DNA of 53,067 bases, the filler included, from Jimgerdemannia flammicorona (taxonomy: Eukaryota): NCBI GenBank assembly GCA_003990765.1. It is 3 parts of 3 records of this genome, joined end to end, with 100 filler letters (N's around TTAATTAATTAA, not from the genome) between each part and the next. Parts side by side here need not be neighbours in the genome. Positions count along the whole stretch, not along the records: positions 35,454 to 53,067 come from RBNJ01002469.1; 2 more parts are not named here. One strand, given 5' to 3'. Every line of letters starts with the position of its first letter. Within the stretch, counting starts at the first letter, position 1. This document shows positions 36,921 to 48,853 of the stretch, piece after piece. The notes under the pieces are model-generated. The model did not search any database, was not told the origin of the DNA, and saw only the letters and a list, made by a program, of their open reading frames with translations. The translations under genes and the position numbers were made by a program.

Positions 36921-37340
36921 GCGTGAATGTCTCTGATACTTATTTAATAAGTATGGAAGTCCTGATAAATGATCTCCATTGGCTAATGTGTGCGTCCTTA
37001 TGGGTCATTCATGTGGCCCTTTTCTTTCTCTACTCCTTTTTTTTGTTTGGCATCGTACATTCTTCCATGTCCCTTGGTCTTGAATACAAAAACTCTGGGA
37101 AATGTTCCACATCGGCTGGGTGTGCGTGGCGAGCGGGCTAACAGTGAGCAATGAGCGAGTAGTGCGGTTGATGGACTGGTGGTGTGGGGTGAGCGGCAAG
37201 CGATGGTTGAAGCTGATGTACTAACAGACGATGCTGTTGAAGGATCTTCCTCCGGGTTATCTCTTTGGGTCTTAAGCACACCAATTGGGCATATGGTGAT
37301 TTCAAGGCAGTGATGTCTAGTAATTATCAATGCTATCTAT

Positions 37341-38836
37341 TGTAACGGTGACCCCAGAATGATGACATCAGCACAGGAGACAGCCTTTCTTTACAAGCCA
37401 CCAGATCAGAGTACAAGAAGATCATATGGCATGTGAGATGAGCAACGATGACCAACTGTGAGTCATTGTGACTACAGCACAAGCATTCTGAAGAATATAA
37501 AAGAAGGATCAAGGAACCGCAGTAGCAGCAACCAACAAGAACCCCAATCTCAAAATAGCTCAAAGACTTACCACAAACAAAATGCCTGCTGCCCGCCAAA
37601 CCTCAAGGTCAAGGAATCATCAAGGTATCTCGGTCGAGGAAAGGATGTTTCAAGACATCAGAAGAGCCATGAGGACCCGCTCAAGAAGGACTCCTAGCAT
37701 CAACCTGGGTACTGCAGACCCTTATCACTTTATCCTCTACCGCCGTGAAATGGAAACAAGGATCACCATTGCCACCGAATGCCTCCAAATGTGGCAGGAG
37801 TACGAAATAGGAAACCTCCTCTGCTGGGAGTTCCCACAGGCCAGCCCTCAAGAGCTACAAGATGCCACCCCCATAGACCTACGTGAGGCAAGGATAGCAA
37901 AGAAGATCCATCAGATCTTCAGGCATGCACCATGGTCGATCCCCAACTTGGAGTCTCAGACTTCAGAGACCTGTCATCCCGCCGCATCAATGCACTAGAA
38001 GCCAGGGTAGCTACAGAAGCCCAGTCCGCCATCACCCTCAACAGCGAAGAAGTAGAAGACTTCTGGCACCCTATCCTTCAGGACAACCCAGACCAATTTC
38101 TGCAAGGGTTGATCTCAGTATTCCAAGGCCCAAGCATCCAGGTCAGACCTCCCCAGGACCCCACATTTGTCCCTTACTTTGTGGAAGAGAACCTCATAGA
38201 CTGGAGAGCTCCAGATTTTGTCCCCGATTTCCCCGCCGAACGTGATGACGTCATCGGCGATGACGTCATCCCGCGCGACATACACGAAGTACGCGAAACA
38301 CGCGACCTGCATGAAGAGTTCGCGGATCTCATCTCCTTCAGTGATGATGATGATGAAGCTCCCATGATCCTGAACTTTCTGCTCTAAAAAGTTCTTTGTT
38401 ACACTGGATAATGCCAGCACCAGTATTCTCATGTAACACTGGATAATGCCAGCACCGGTATTCTGAGGTGACACGAAATTGTTCCAGCATCGGCATTTTG
38501 ATGTGATACTAAATAATGCCAGCCTTGGAACTTAGTAGTTTTAGTTATTGGAATTTATATTTAGCTTTATATCTTAGCAACTATTGAATTATATTTTGTA
38601 TAAATACCTCTCTTATTTCCTCTGAAATAAAGTCAGTTCTATCCGGTTCACTTACACACTTCCTTGCAAGCAATCTAAGAGATAACAAGACAGTTAAAGA
38701 TAAGAAGTTTGAGGACTATAAGACCTTGGGAAGGCACTCTAATAAGAACTTGCTTATAACAACTTGAATTAGTCTAAGAGATACACCTTGAAGAGAATCT
38801 GGCATATTTGAAGGACTCAGCGACCACTACGTGACA
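37341..38836 (+). mobile_element. 1.5-kb solo LTR (Gypsy-type) with an ORF in U3
   Basis: TGTAACG...CCACTACGTGACA ends; the 3' end resembles CCACTACGTTATA of the 454-bp LTR. 4-bp TSD CTAT. TATAAATA 38599-38606 then AATAAA 38626-38631. ~35-bp duplicated motif at ~38398-38465. Confidence 0.85.
37582..38387 (+). pseudogene. U3-encoded ORF3-family protein, one frameshift near 37950
   Basis: WQEYEIGNLL...IAKKIHQIFRHAPWSIPNL / GVSDF...PILQDNPDQFLQGLISVFQGP...NLIDW. Aligns with 49060-50079 and 2647-3150. Confidence 0.8.
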
Positions 38837-39284
38837 CTATCTAAGCCAACCCATAATACAATTTCCTTCTCAACTACTCGCAAGAGCCATCCTACCTCCG
38901 ATATGGTAACATGTTTATTCGCCATTATGTACATAGGACACGCCACAGGAAATCGCAACCAGAAGTTTGTCACCTTCCAGCCCGCAATCTCATCAATAAA
39001 CAACTTGTGCATCAGGGCTCCAATCGAGCCGCCGAGCAGGCCGCATACATATGCCGATACGTCTTTCACCTACCACACGCAATAATAATATCATTATTAT
39101 TAATTTCATAACCATTAACAGCAGATGAAGCAAGAAACAAGTACATGTATATACACATCGAACCAAGCAAAACATATCCCCACCGCACTAACCTGAGTCA
39201 CGCTCTCTCTCTACTTCCCATATCCCCTCCCCTTTCTGCCTCCAGCATCCTTTCTGATATACTCCTCCTCTGATACCACCTACA

Positions 39285-39548
39285 ATACCACCTCACCAAC
39301 ACCACCTCACCAACACTACCTCACCAACACCATCTCACCAATACCACCTCACCAACACCATCTTACCAACACTACCTCATTAATACCACCTCACCAACAC
39401 CACCTCATCAATACTGTCTCACCAATATTACCTCCTCACCAATGCCACCTCACCAACACCACCTCACCAATATCATCTCACCAACACTGCCTCATTAATA
39501 CCACCTCACCAACACCACCTCACCAATACTGCCTTACCAACACCACTC
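39285..39548. repeat. 14-bp minisatellite (ACCACCTCACCAAC)n, about 19 units
   Basis: Direct reading; unit variants are mainly C-to-T. Confidence 0.9.
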
Positions 39549-39579
39549 TCAATTTAAGAGTAATAACCCCTATGCTCCA

Positions 39580-40860
39580 TCACGACGCGTCCCTCTGCTC
39601 TTCTGAACTTTCACCTTCGCTCCCAAAGAACTCATCCATTAATGCTCTACAACTCCACAATGCGTAGACACAGTTCACGTGCCTCGCCGCGACGGTATGC
39701 GGGCCCCATCCGAAGAGGGTGAGTGCGGAGGCCGTGGCACGGATGCGCGGATCGACGATAGTGGGGTCGGCGATCGTGATGATGTCGAGTTGATCGGCAA
39801 TCTGCCGAGAAATAAGAGGAGCAGATTGAAGCTGATTAAATCTGGAACCACGGTACGACCAAGGCGAGATGCAGAACATGGACGCGCGGGGTTTACCAGT
39901 GGATGTGTGGTGACCGGTAGCTGGTCACCGATCTTGAAGCGGGGCCGACGTTGGGAAATGTGTAAATTGAGGCTGAGTGGTTTAGTGGATGAATTCATAA
40001 AAAAATAAAAAATAAAAATAAAAGATTGTTAATGAAATCATATTCGAAATTAAACGCTGAATTCCAACCCAACCGTGACCATGAAATTCCAAATCTATTC
40101 CGATTTACCATAAACATTCTTTAACCCCTCCTCAATCATTAATTCTTCCACTTTACTTCTCTTCCCAACCATCGAAAAGAAGCTCCCAAACAGCCCAGCC
40201 CCTTACTCACCATCGCAAGGATAGTCTCGCCACGAACACGGCTGTTCACGCGATGTGCTCAGCTCCACCTTACACTTGGCCGTCAATTCTTCGCCTACCG
40301 CAACCAAAAGACAATAACCGTTCCCCACCCATGACCAAGTAATCCACTCAAATATCCAAGCTAAACGTGGACGCCTATTCACGCCTCTCCCCTCCGCCTC
40401 GTCTAGATATGCGGAAATCCGCTGGCGGAGCAGAGTGCGCACCGCAAACGCTCAGACGCGACGTTGATCCAGCCGTAGCGCGTGCAGTCGACGGGTGTAA
40501 TAGGCCTATCGAACCAGGTCTATCCGTGGGCAGAACGGTCAAGGACGGATGTCGTGTTGGATATAGGAAAGAGAGACGAATGTGTGCGCAAAATAAATAG
40601 AGGAATGCGAATTTTGTCGATGCTTTATAGGTCACCAAACGCGCCATAAAATAGCTCCGATCCCATTGCCGGTACCGGTTCAGCGGGTGGACGGGAGGAC
40701 AAGACTCCTGTGAGGACGTATATATATATATCAAGCAGTAAATGATTCGATCGCTTTGCACTGACAAACACGACAAGATAAAGCTGTGAGACCTACTTTG
40801 GACCTCCGGCAGAACTGCCCCGCTCGTGATATCGAGTTTCCGTTTCGTGACCCATTGGTC
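39580..40860 (-). pseudogene. zf-C3HC / Rsm1 (Pml39, NIPA/ZC3HC1-like) pseudogene with introns
   Basis: Ordered exon remnants TKRKLD; YRQWDRSYFMARLVTY; TWFDRPITPVDCTRYGWINVASERLRCALC; EELTAKCKVELSTSREQPCSWRDYPCD followed by a GTGAGT donor; ASALTLFGW. Premature TAG at ~40404, a missing donor and His-to-Arg at a zinc ligand. Confidence 0.82.
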
Positions 40861-41920
40861 ACGTGCCTTGTTCCCTCGAGCTATGGTGATGGTTACAAAA
40901 GCCTTGTTTAGGTGTTGTAGTGCTAGTGGATTAGTTTGTTTGAAAACACGTGTGTGCCCATCACAAACGCCCTAATCTGGTCGACGGTATCAATGTGCGC
41001 CTCGCAGCCAGCATGGGCCGGTAGCAGGGAATTGAGAAAAATTGAGGATGTCGATTATTTCCCTTGATTCGCAATAAAAATAACCGTGGTATGTCTAGCC
41101 AACTCCGGATAGGTCACACAACGGGTCCTCAGATTTCTTTGACATGACTTTATCAGGAATCGGCACAACTCTTGGAAGCACGTGGCATCGCATCGCTACT
41201 AATAGGAGTGGGATTCGTTCCTAAGAGGAGCATACGACGAGACTTCAAATGGTGGGTCGCCGACGCACATATCGTATCAATACTATTTCTAGTCGGTGGT
41301 TGAACCGTCCTGATTCCATCACCACAATCAAATGGACGGGACCTGAAACTATAGCGCCGCTTGATAAAGTTGTTTTTATAGAGGCGTAAACACTGTGTGG
41401 CGCTGAGGACATGAAGGCATGCGCAGGCCCGCATGCGTTCCATGACGCTGAGAAAACACGAGCTTGAATAAACCGTGAACGGTGGATGCCTAAATAAATA
41501 ATAGCGAGTATTTTTACAGCGGGATTGTGGAATGTTAACCCAGAACATTATGTCAATCGATAGGGGCCCGACAGCGTTATCGACGACGTTATGTATTATA
41601 ATCGAATTTGGTAATTCAAGGTCCGAGTGGAACAAGCAATATTGGCCGGACGGGTGATGGGTGTAGGTAGCTTGGGGTTTATTATGAATTTTTATGGATA
41701 TACGTTTTATAAGCGTACTTGCGTACTGGTACTGGTTAATCATAAACATATACCTATGTTAAGGAATTCGAGTTCGCACCCTGATGTCGTCAACACAATA
41801 AAGTGCCGATTGTTTGAATAACCAAACTGGAACGAATAACAGTCAATCGCGCCGAGATGGTCCCTTTGAAATAGTCCAAGGAGACGCTTTCCGCGAGCAA
41901 GACGGTCACTTATACGATCG

Positions 41921-43083
41921 TCACCCCGCGCCAAAAAATGAATTTGACGAATATAGTTTTGACTTCGTTAGCTCGAACGTCGACCCTCCTTCGTCTGGCA
42001 CCGAGTTTGGCCGCGCCTCGACGTCGTGGTTCGCAGCCACCTCGTGACTCGTCAACGAGTCTGGTAAGCCGTCGGGGGTTGTGTCGCGCGGGTTTCGGAG
42101 AAAGCGACGGCGGATAGTAATGACGACGTAGTCAGGGGGTGGGAAAGAGTAAAAATCTAGGAAGATCATCCTGTGGGGCGTGGAGGATGTGGAGGTGATT
42201 TAAATGTGATGGTGAGGAGTCGTTTGTAATTACTACGCTGTCAAGTAAACGGACCTACCTGAGGAAAACAACGGTGGTGCCTATGTTCATGTCTACAGAC
42301 TTGTAAGTATGGCGAGGGTATATAGTAGATATTACGTTGGATAGGATGCTCACAATTCCGAGGATGATAATTCCAGACAAATACCTAAAATTAAGTTTAA
42401 GATATAGCAAAGTTATGGGTGTGAGTGACCGAAACATATTTTGTGGTGAATGACGGAACCGTCTGATACAAAATCGGACGAAGGTCAGAGCTCGTACAAA
42501 TGCCTTACCAAATTCCCACAGCAACCGTTTTCGAGGGCATTTTATCCACGCCCGTTTTGATCTTCGTTACCGGGTATAATGCGTATATTACCACCACACT
42601 CATGGTTGAAAGAGCTACAAATATCGACGCCGTATAAATGGAATCGCCCGCAGCGTGAAAATGAAACACCTGGCCCACGATGAGACTCACGGCGCCCAAA
42701 ACATTCATTAGCACAGCAAGGGCGAGTGACAGTTTCGAAAGCCTGTTGACCGGCCCATCTTCCCATTCGTACAGCTTTCTCCCGAGATTGAATATCATGA
42801 CGAACAAGAGGTCCATAAACACCACCATTAGCACGCTCTTCACCACGAAGAAGTTATCCTCTGAGATATCAGACTGGAGCCGAAAGATATTGATTGTCGC
42901 CATGCCGACGCCCGTAAGAACACCCACCGCGAAGCAGCTGACTCGGAGGTGGCAGTAGTCTATAATGGCCTTGCGCCCAATGACCACGCAGCTGAGCACG
43001 CTGAAGACGAGAGAAGCCCATATACTGGCGACGGTGGAGACGTCAAACGGGACGGAGTCCAGAGGTGTGGTGGTAGAGTTCAT
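41921..43083 (-). CDS. Predicted 316-aa seven-transmembrane (GPCR-like) protein, 3 exons
   Basis: Exons 43083-42509, 42384-42259 and 42170-41921 with GTAAGG/TAG and GTAGGT/CAG introns splice in frame (951 nt). Seven hydrophobic segments and a hydrophilic C-tail. TTTATAAG ~45 nt upstream. Confidence 0.82.
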
Positions 43084-45032
43084 TGGGAGAGCGCGTGCGC
43101 AGCTGCGTGTCCCGCTGGGTTTGACTTATAAAATGGTGAGTAGAGACGACCCGATCGCAGCTTGTGGCTTTGGTTATCGATAGATCGCAATGTCGGGAAT
43201 TTAAACCAATAGTAGAATACTGTTCTCGACAAACGGCATTTCCGAGCAAAAAAAAAAAAAAACCCCCCGATCGGAGACCAGAGCAAAATGAGATTGACGC
43301 ATGGAGATAGTATAGAACGCATAGAATACTCCGTCAATCCATAGAGTCGTGCGAAAGTGCCATGGTGATCTAACACAACCCGGGATAGGTGATTGAGTCA
43401 TAGTTACTAGGTTATGTCAAGAAGATATGTTCATTGGAGGTTGGGGTTCCGCATTTCTTAGCTAAGCCACCATGGTCCCGAGCCATCTGGACACAATCTC
43501 GCCGGTGACTACTAGGTCAGAAATAGTCACTGGTAAACGAACTACGAAAGATTTAACTTCTCACAGAACGACGAGCAATGCGTTTCTTTGCAGGCAATAG
43601 GAGTTCAACTTCCAAGGGTCATCGTTCACAGGCACTCATATGGCGGTCGTAAATATATGAATCAACAATTGTGGCGCAAATTCACATATCGTCCCTGGAA
43701 ACGAGCAATTCCACGGATTTACGATTGTATCGCTTGTAAATATGTTACCTACGTACCTACGTGACAGAGGAATCCGACTGTGAAACATACAACACATGGC
43801 TGTAATGCCGCACGCGTTTGCCAAATGCAGATCAGATTTAACCGGCAAGAATTTCAATATAAATAGGGCAAGCGTATGACCAATTATTCGGTATTCCATT
43901 AATCCAAATTTGCTGCCGTTGCTTTTCTGCGCCACTTTTATAAGGCGTATAAACTTTCCTTAAACATGAAACGAGACAAATTTCACGTGAGATAAATGCT
44001 TAAGAGTGTTTACTGATCATGTTGTGTGAAATTGTGCACTTGGACGCCAAGCTTATTAGAAATCGTTTTTCCAAACGCGGGCTAGGAACAAAATGGCGGG
44101 GAGCGAATCAGGACAATGATGCGGAAGATGTGGAGAGCGGGCGGGGCTTCGGGCTTCTCAGAAGGATCTCATAACCTCACAACCTGATGACAAACAATGC
44201 GCTCGGAGCAGCCTTTTGGATTTTATAATTAGATAACTACAGTTTTGACCATTGTTATATAGTGTTAGTTTTAGTTAACCAGTTCAGTTCATCCGTGGCC
44301 AGAGTCGTATAACAATGTCTTAATGTATCCCATTAATTATCCGACGAACGGTAAGTCCGCTGGGTAAAAGGATACTTCAGGCTCCTATCGTTAAGCTTCC
44401 ATCTATTAGTCTCTGCTCCGCATCCCTGAGCCCAGAGTTTTTCTCCTCGTGGTTCGATGTATATACTGAATTTTTCATCACCCTGTAATCCTTGGTGCTT
44501 GTAATATTTTGCTGAAGAGTTGAAATTTATTAAGATATAATTGAGGGGTATTTATACATTATTTCAAAATCCAAATGGTGGAGGGGGTGCATGGATAGGC
44601 AGTGTTAGATGTTATTATAGAGTGTGGAGATTGCAAGGCCAAAACACGGAATATTGTGCGTTGCCAAAAACACAAAAGCGATTGCACGACGCCAAATAAG
44701 CAAAGGAACATTTGTAGCTCCAAACAAGCAAAAGAGAAGAAAAAATAACAGACAGCAAAAATTACCACAAGGACGTGCCAATAGACCATCGATAGCCAAT
44801 AGAGATTGTTAGGCTGTGAATTTATTTATTGATGCGTCATGAAAGAAATTTTAAATGTTATTATACACGGATATAAATATTAGAATCCTCTCCAACAACG
44901 TCGAGCATTGTTATTGATATTTCAGAAGCAGGAGAATGGATAATGATACGACTATGTCCAAGCGCAAAATTCGTTGAAGTTGTATCTTTCCCGGTATTAT
45001 GCCATAAACATGGTTCAGTTTCCACCGCAACA

Positions 45033-46150
45033 CTATTGGTGACTCTTGGAAATCAACACCGCCATGACATCTTAAATTAACTCAGGCGCGGCTGTTTTCA
45101 GCAACCCCTTGAACGCTTCTGTTTTCCTTACATCGTCAAAATTTTTTCTGAGATATATACTCGATCAAGCCGTCCTTCAGGGTGGAGGAAACGTGACTGT
45201 GCGTCGCAAGCAGCTGGCACACGAGACGGGGGTTGAGTCTGCCGAGAATCTTGGGCTCGGTGATGTCCACAACAAGAGGGACACGGTACTTGACAGCAAG
45301 GAGGGATAGATCTGCCGGATTAATATCGTCGTCGAACTCGGTTTGGTCGTAGTAGATGTATTTGAGTAGTGCCTCGAATGCCAGATATCCGACATCAGGC
45401 ACCTCAATCACGGTGCGGGGGTCTGAGTCGAACATATCAGCAAAGTATTTGGAGCGAGTGGACAACATCCCGCGGTGCGCGTAGAGTGGACTAGCCCCCG
45501 GCCCGACACGGAATTCGACGTCAGCAGTGCGCACGTTATTGAATTGGGTGGAGAGACCAGCGAGAAGCGTGCGAGGCAGGAAAAATCTTCGGTCGCGAGA
45601 GGAGAGGATACGACAACTAATGAAGAGCTTGTCATCGGGGAAACCTTCGTTTTCAAAGGGCCGCTTCGCGGCCTCGTGTGTTCCTTTAATATTCAAAATG
45701 ACAAACATTAACTATTTAACGGTAGTGGTTGGGGTATTCAACGACCATGTGTTGACAAGTACACCAAAAATACGTATATACCATGGCGTTGCGGATTATC
45801 ACCCGGGCAGAACTCGAAAGTAAAAGTATTAAAATAGAGTTCCTCCTTCGTCGTCCTTATGTGGAGCTCGAAGTTCAAGGTGACACAAACTTTCGTTGGT
45901 TTTATCGCCCAAAGTTAAAGGGCTATGTTGACGTTCGGAACTACAAAGCGAGAGAAAAACCCAAATCATCTGCGACCCCAACCTTTTGTGCACATCAAAA
46001 GCTTTCGTGTATTTACCGGGCAGAGTTGCAGACGCCATGAGTGGGTATCAGTAGTCGGAAAGGCGGGCAGGAAAAGTTCGTAGTCAGCGTGGAGAACCTT
46101 TCCACAGCCCATTCGTAAAACCCCTCCGGGTCGGAAACGCTGGCATCCAT
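45033..46150 (-). pseudogene. MATH-BTB (SPOP-like) protein, probably a pseudogene
   Basis: BTB: ADVEFRVG..LYAHRGMLSTRSKYFADMF..IEVPDV...FEALLKYIY. MATH-like FYEWAVERFSTL, WRLQLCP and DDKLFISCRI. Frameshifts near 46080 and 45140, plus a stop in exon 2. Confidence 0.8.
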
Positions 46151-48853
46151 GGTAAAAGCAACGCACCTTTGAAACTGAAAAAATGAATTTAAATACAAAG
46201 CCGACGTTGTGATTCCACGTGCTGACATCGCTTATGGTACCAAGACAACCTCCTGTTATTCAATAATCAATAATCTGCCAAAAAGCACAAATGCACAGAC
46301 CCGAAAAGGCAGCTGGTCAGATGGCTTCTACATATATGAATTCCAATACTAGTCGGAAGAAATACACAAAAAATTAAAAAATAAAAAATCAATCGGTTCT
46401 TTTGATCCCGATAAGCGAAGTCCTCAGCGGTTCCTTTTCATTTCCATCGGAGCTACCCAAAGGCCGTTGACTTGACAGTCGAGGGCGCATGTCGAGGCAA
46501 ACTCTGTCCCGGAGGCTAGGGCAAGCAAGTCACTAATGAGGAGATAATGCTAAAAGTTGGCTTAGTGTCATTAAGCAAAGAATAGTATGAAACACGCGAC
46601 GGGTATCATACACCTTGGGTGTAGTTACGGGTGTGTGCAGTAGTCCTGGTGTGCGTTTGCGCGGCTCCTTTAAGCCAACGGAATGTTGCCAACACATCGA
46701 AAATCGCCTAAGCCTATCCATAGCCTTGAATGGCGGTTCCATTTGGGTTCGTATTGCAGTAACTTCAGTGCTAACCTTTCCATGCGTTAAGAAAATGGCA
46801 GAATTCAGGAACTGTTCCACAAATAGAAAAAACCATACGGAACGATCAAATATAAACCTCGAACTTAACTGTAACGCCACACACAGTTTTAAGTCCTTAC
46901 GCATTCAGACTCAGTGGCGTTGTGCAAGCGACCTTTGTTTTGGACCTCGCCGACCAAGTGTATCACGTGTCATATAGATACGAACAACGTTACTAGCGCT
47001 AGTGTTGTCCCCTACAATCATGACAATGTCATGAGATTCGTCAACACCCTATCGTTCCACGTCACTGAACAGCGAGCAACTACATTTAATGTAGGCGACA
47101 ACGTAAACGTCACTTCGTGAGTATGGTTTTATGTGAAAAAAGACCGAGTGTCAGCGCACTTATCGTACTCTTCTCTTCCAGCGACTTAATAGATTTAATT
47201 GTACCTCATGACTGACGAGGCCTTTATTAAAAGCACAGGAATTTCGCTGTTGGCAAGTCAGTCGTTCATGCTTTCTAGACAAGATTGACCATTATCCTTT
47301 TTAAGTTCTTGTCTAAGTGTATATGTCAAGTTCTACTGTTTATTGTACCCCGTAATGGAAGTAGGGCCCGGTTCGGACTTTACTTTGATACTTCCCTACG
47401 GGATTATCATATTGTCAACACTAATGCGGAAACAAATTTCAGCATAGAAGCGACCTTTGTTTTTGGGCCTGACTGATCTGGTGCATCATATGTCAAGTAA
47501 ACAAAAACCACGTTACCAGCAGCCACTGTCGCGAACTATTTGACCAATTCTCACCTTCTCCATGAAATTTGCTATGAAATTCATAAGTTTCGTCATCACC
47601 CTATCGTTCCTCGCCTCTTCTTTGATCATGTCCTTCTTCTTGTTTAGTAATTGTCTCAACTTGAAATACTCTTGAAACTTGGCACAATTCTGATAGACTC
47701 TAAAGTGTGAAATACATGATAGGTAGATCTGTATGATATTTTGAATACTATCAAAGGAATCCTCCATAGCTGGTAGCTTAGTAGAACACCATTATTTTTC
47801 TATAGCTGCTGGGCAGCACTTGGGATCTTGAGGGCCAGAGCAGTATTTTATTAGTTAGCTCTAATACTTCTTGAGTCAGTTTCAGTAGATAGTAGTGAGA
47901 GTGATTATGTCTGATAGTTTTCATAGCCAAAGGTAGTTTCTTTTATATTTTGTATAAGGTAAGGTTCTTCTCATTTAGGCTTCAGTTTTTATGACCATAA
48001 AGCTTCTACTATATTTTGATATATTAGAACTTTATCTTCTATCTTAATAATCTCTGAGAGCTTGTAGATCTTCTCTATATTATTTTATTATAATTTCTAT
48101 ATCTTAATTATATAATTATCAGCCTTTTTTCTTATTTGGTACAATCTCTATATCTTGGCATCTATGTATTTCTATACTATATCTTTATTAGATAATAGCA
48201 TTTCTTTAGAACTTTCTTCTCTGAACAGCAATTTCTGAGAGATAAAATGGGTACTTTGTGATTATATATTCTGGAGAGTAGATAATACTATTGGCAGATA
48301 GTAGTCTCAATTTTTATAGTTATTACAGATCTTAGCAATAATATTCTTGAGAGTCTTGTTAATTCTTTCTATCTGTCTACTTCTTTAAAGATAATAAGCT
48401 ATGGTTTAAATGTACTAAATCTTGTACTTCTTATAAAGAATCTCAAAGAGCTAATTCATAAATTCTATCTCTCTATCTATCATTACTTGCTTTGAAGTCT
48501 TGAATTAGCAGATGATTTCTCTGTAAAAGAAATCAGCAATTGACTATATATTGACTTCTTTAAGAGATTCTACTTCTATTCATTTTATAAAAAGATCTAT
48601 AATAATAATAATATATTAGTTATCAGTCAATATTAGTAATAGGGAACTAATTATGTTTATTGAAATATGGGCAAATAGTACTAATTCTATATCTACTGAT
48701 TCTGGTATCTAATTTTATTAATCTTACTTCTGTTTCTAGTATTTGACATAGGTCTTGACAAATTATCTGATATCTTTCCCTATTTTAGATCACTATATTG
48801 TTCTTTTTATCTTGTTATATATATTTATTTCTTCTAGATAGCTAAGTTCATAT

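Noticed and set aside
37341..38836. TRIM or DNA transposon
   Set aside because: No terminal direct repeats and no long TIRs. TG...CA ends, a 4-bp TSD and a TATA/AATAAA core fit a solo LTR better.
39285..39548. Minisatellite as a CRISPR array or telomere
   Set aside because: No unique spacers, no cas genes, eukaryotic context, and it is internal and degenerate.
41153..41749. 198-aa minus-strand ORF
   Set aside because: No motif, non-ATG start and random-looking composition; likely spurious.
44559..44799. Hydrophobic short ORFs
   Set aside because: Explained by a T-rich strand; no gene structure could be supported.
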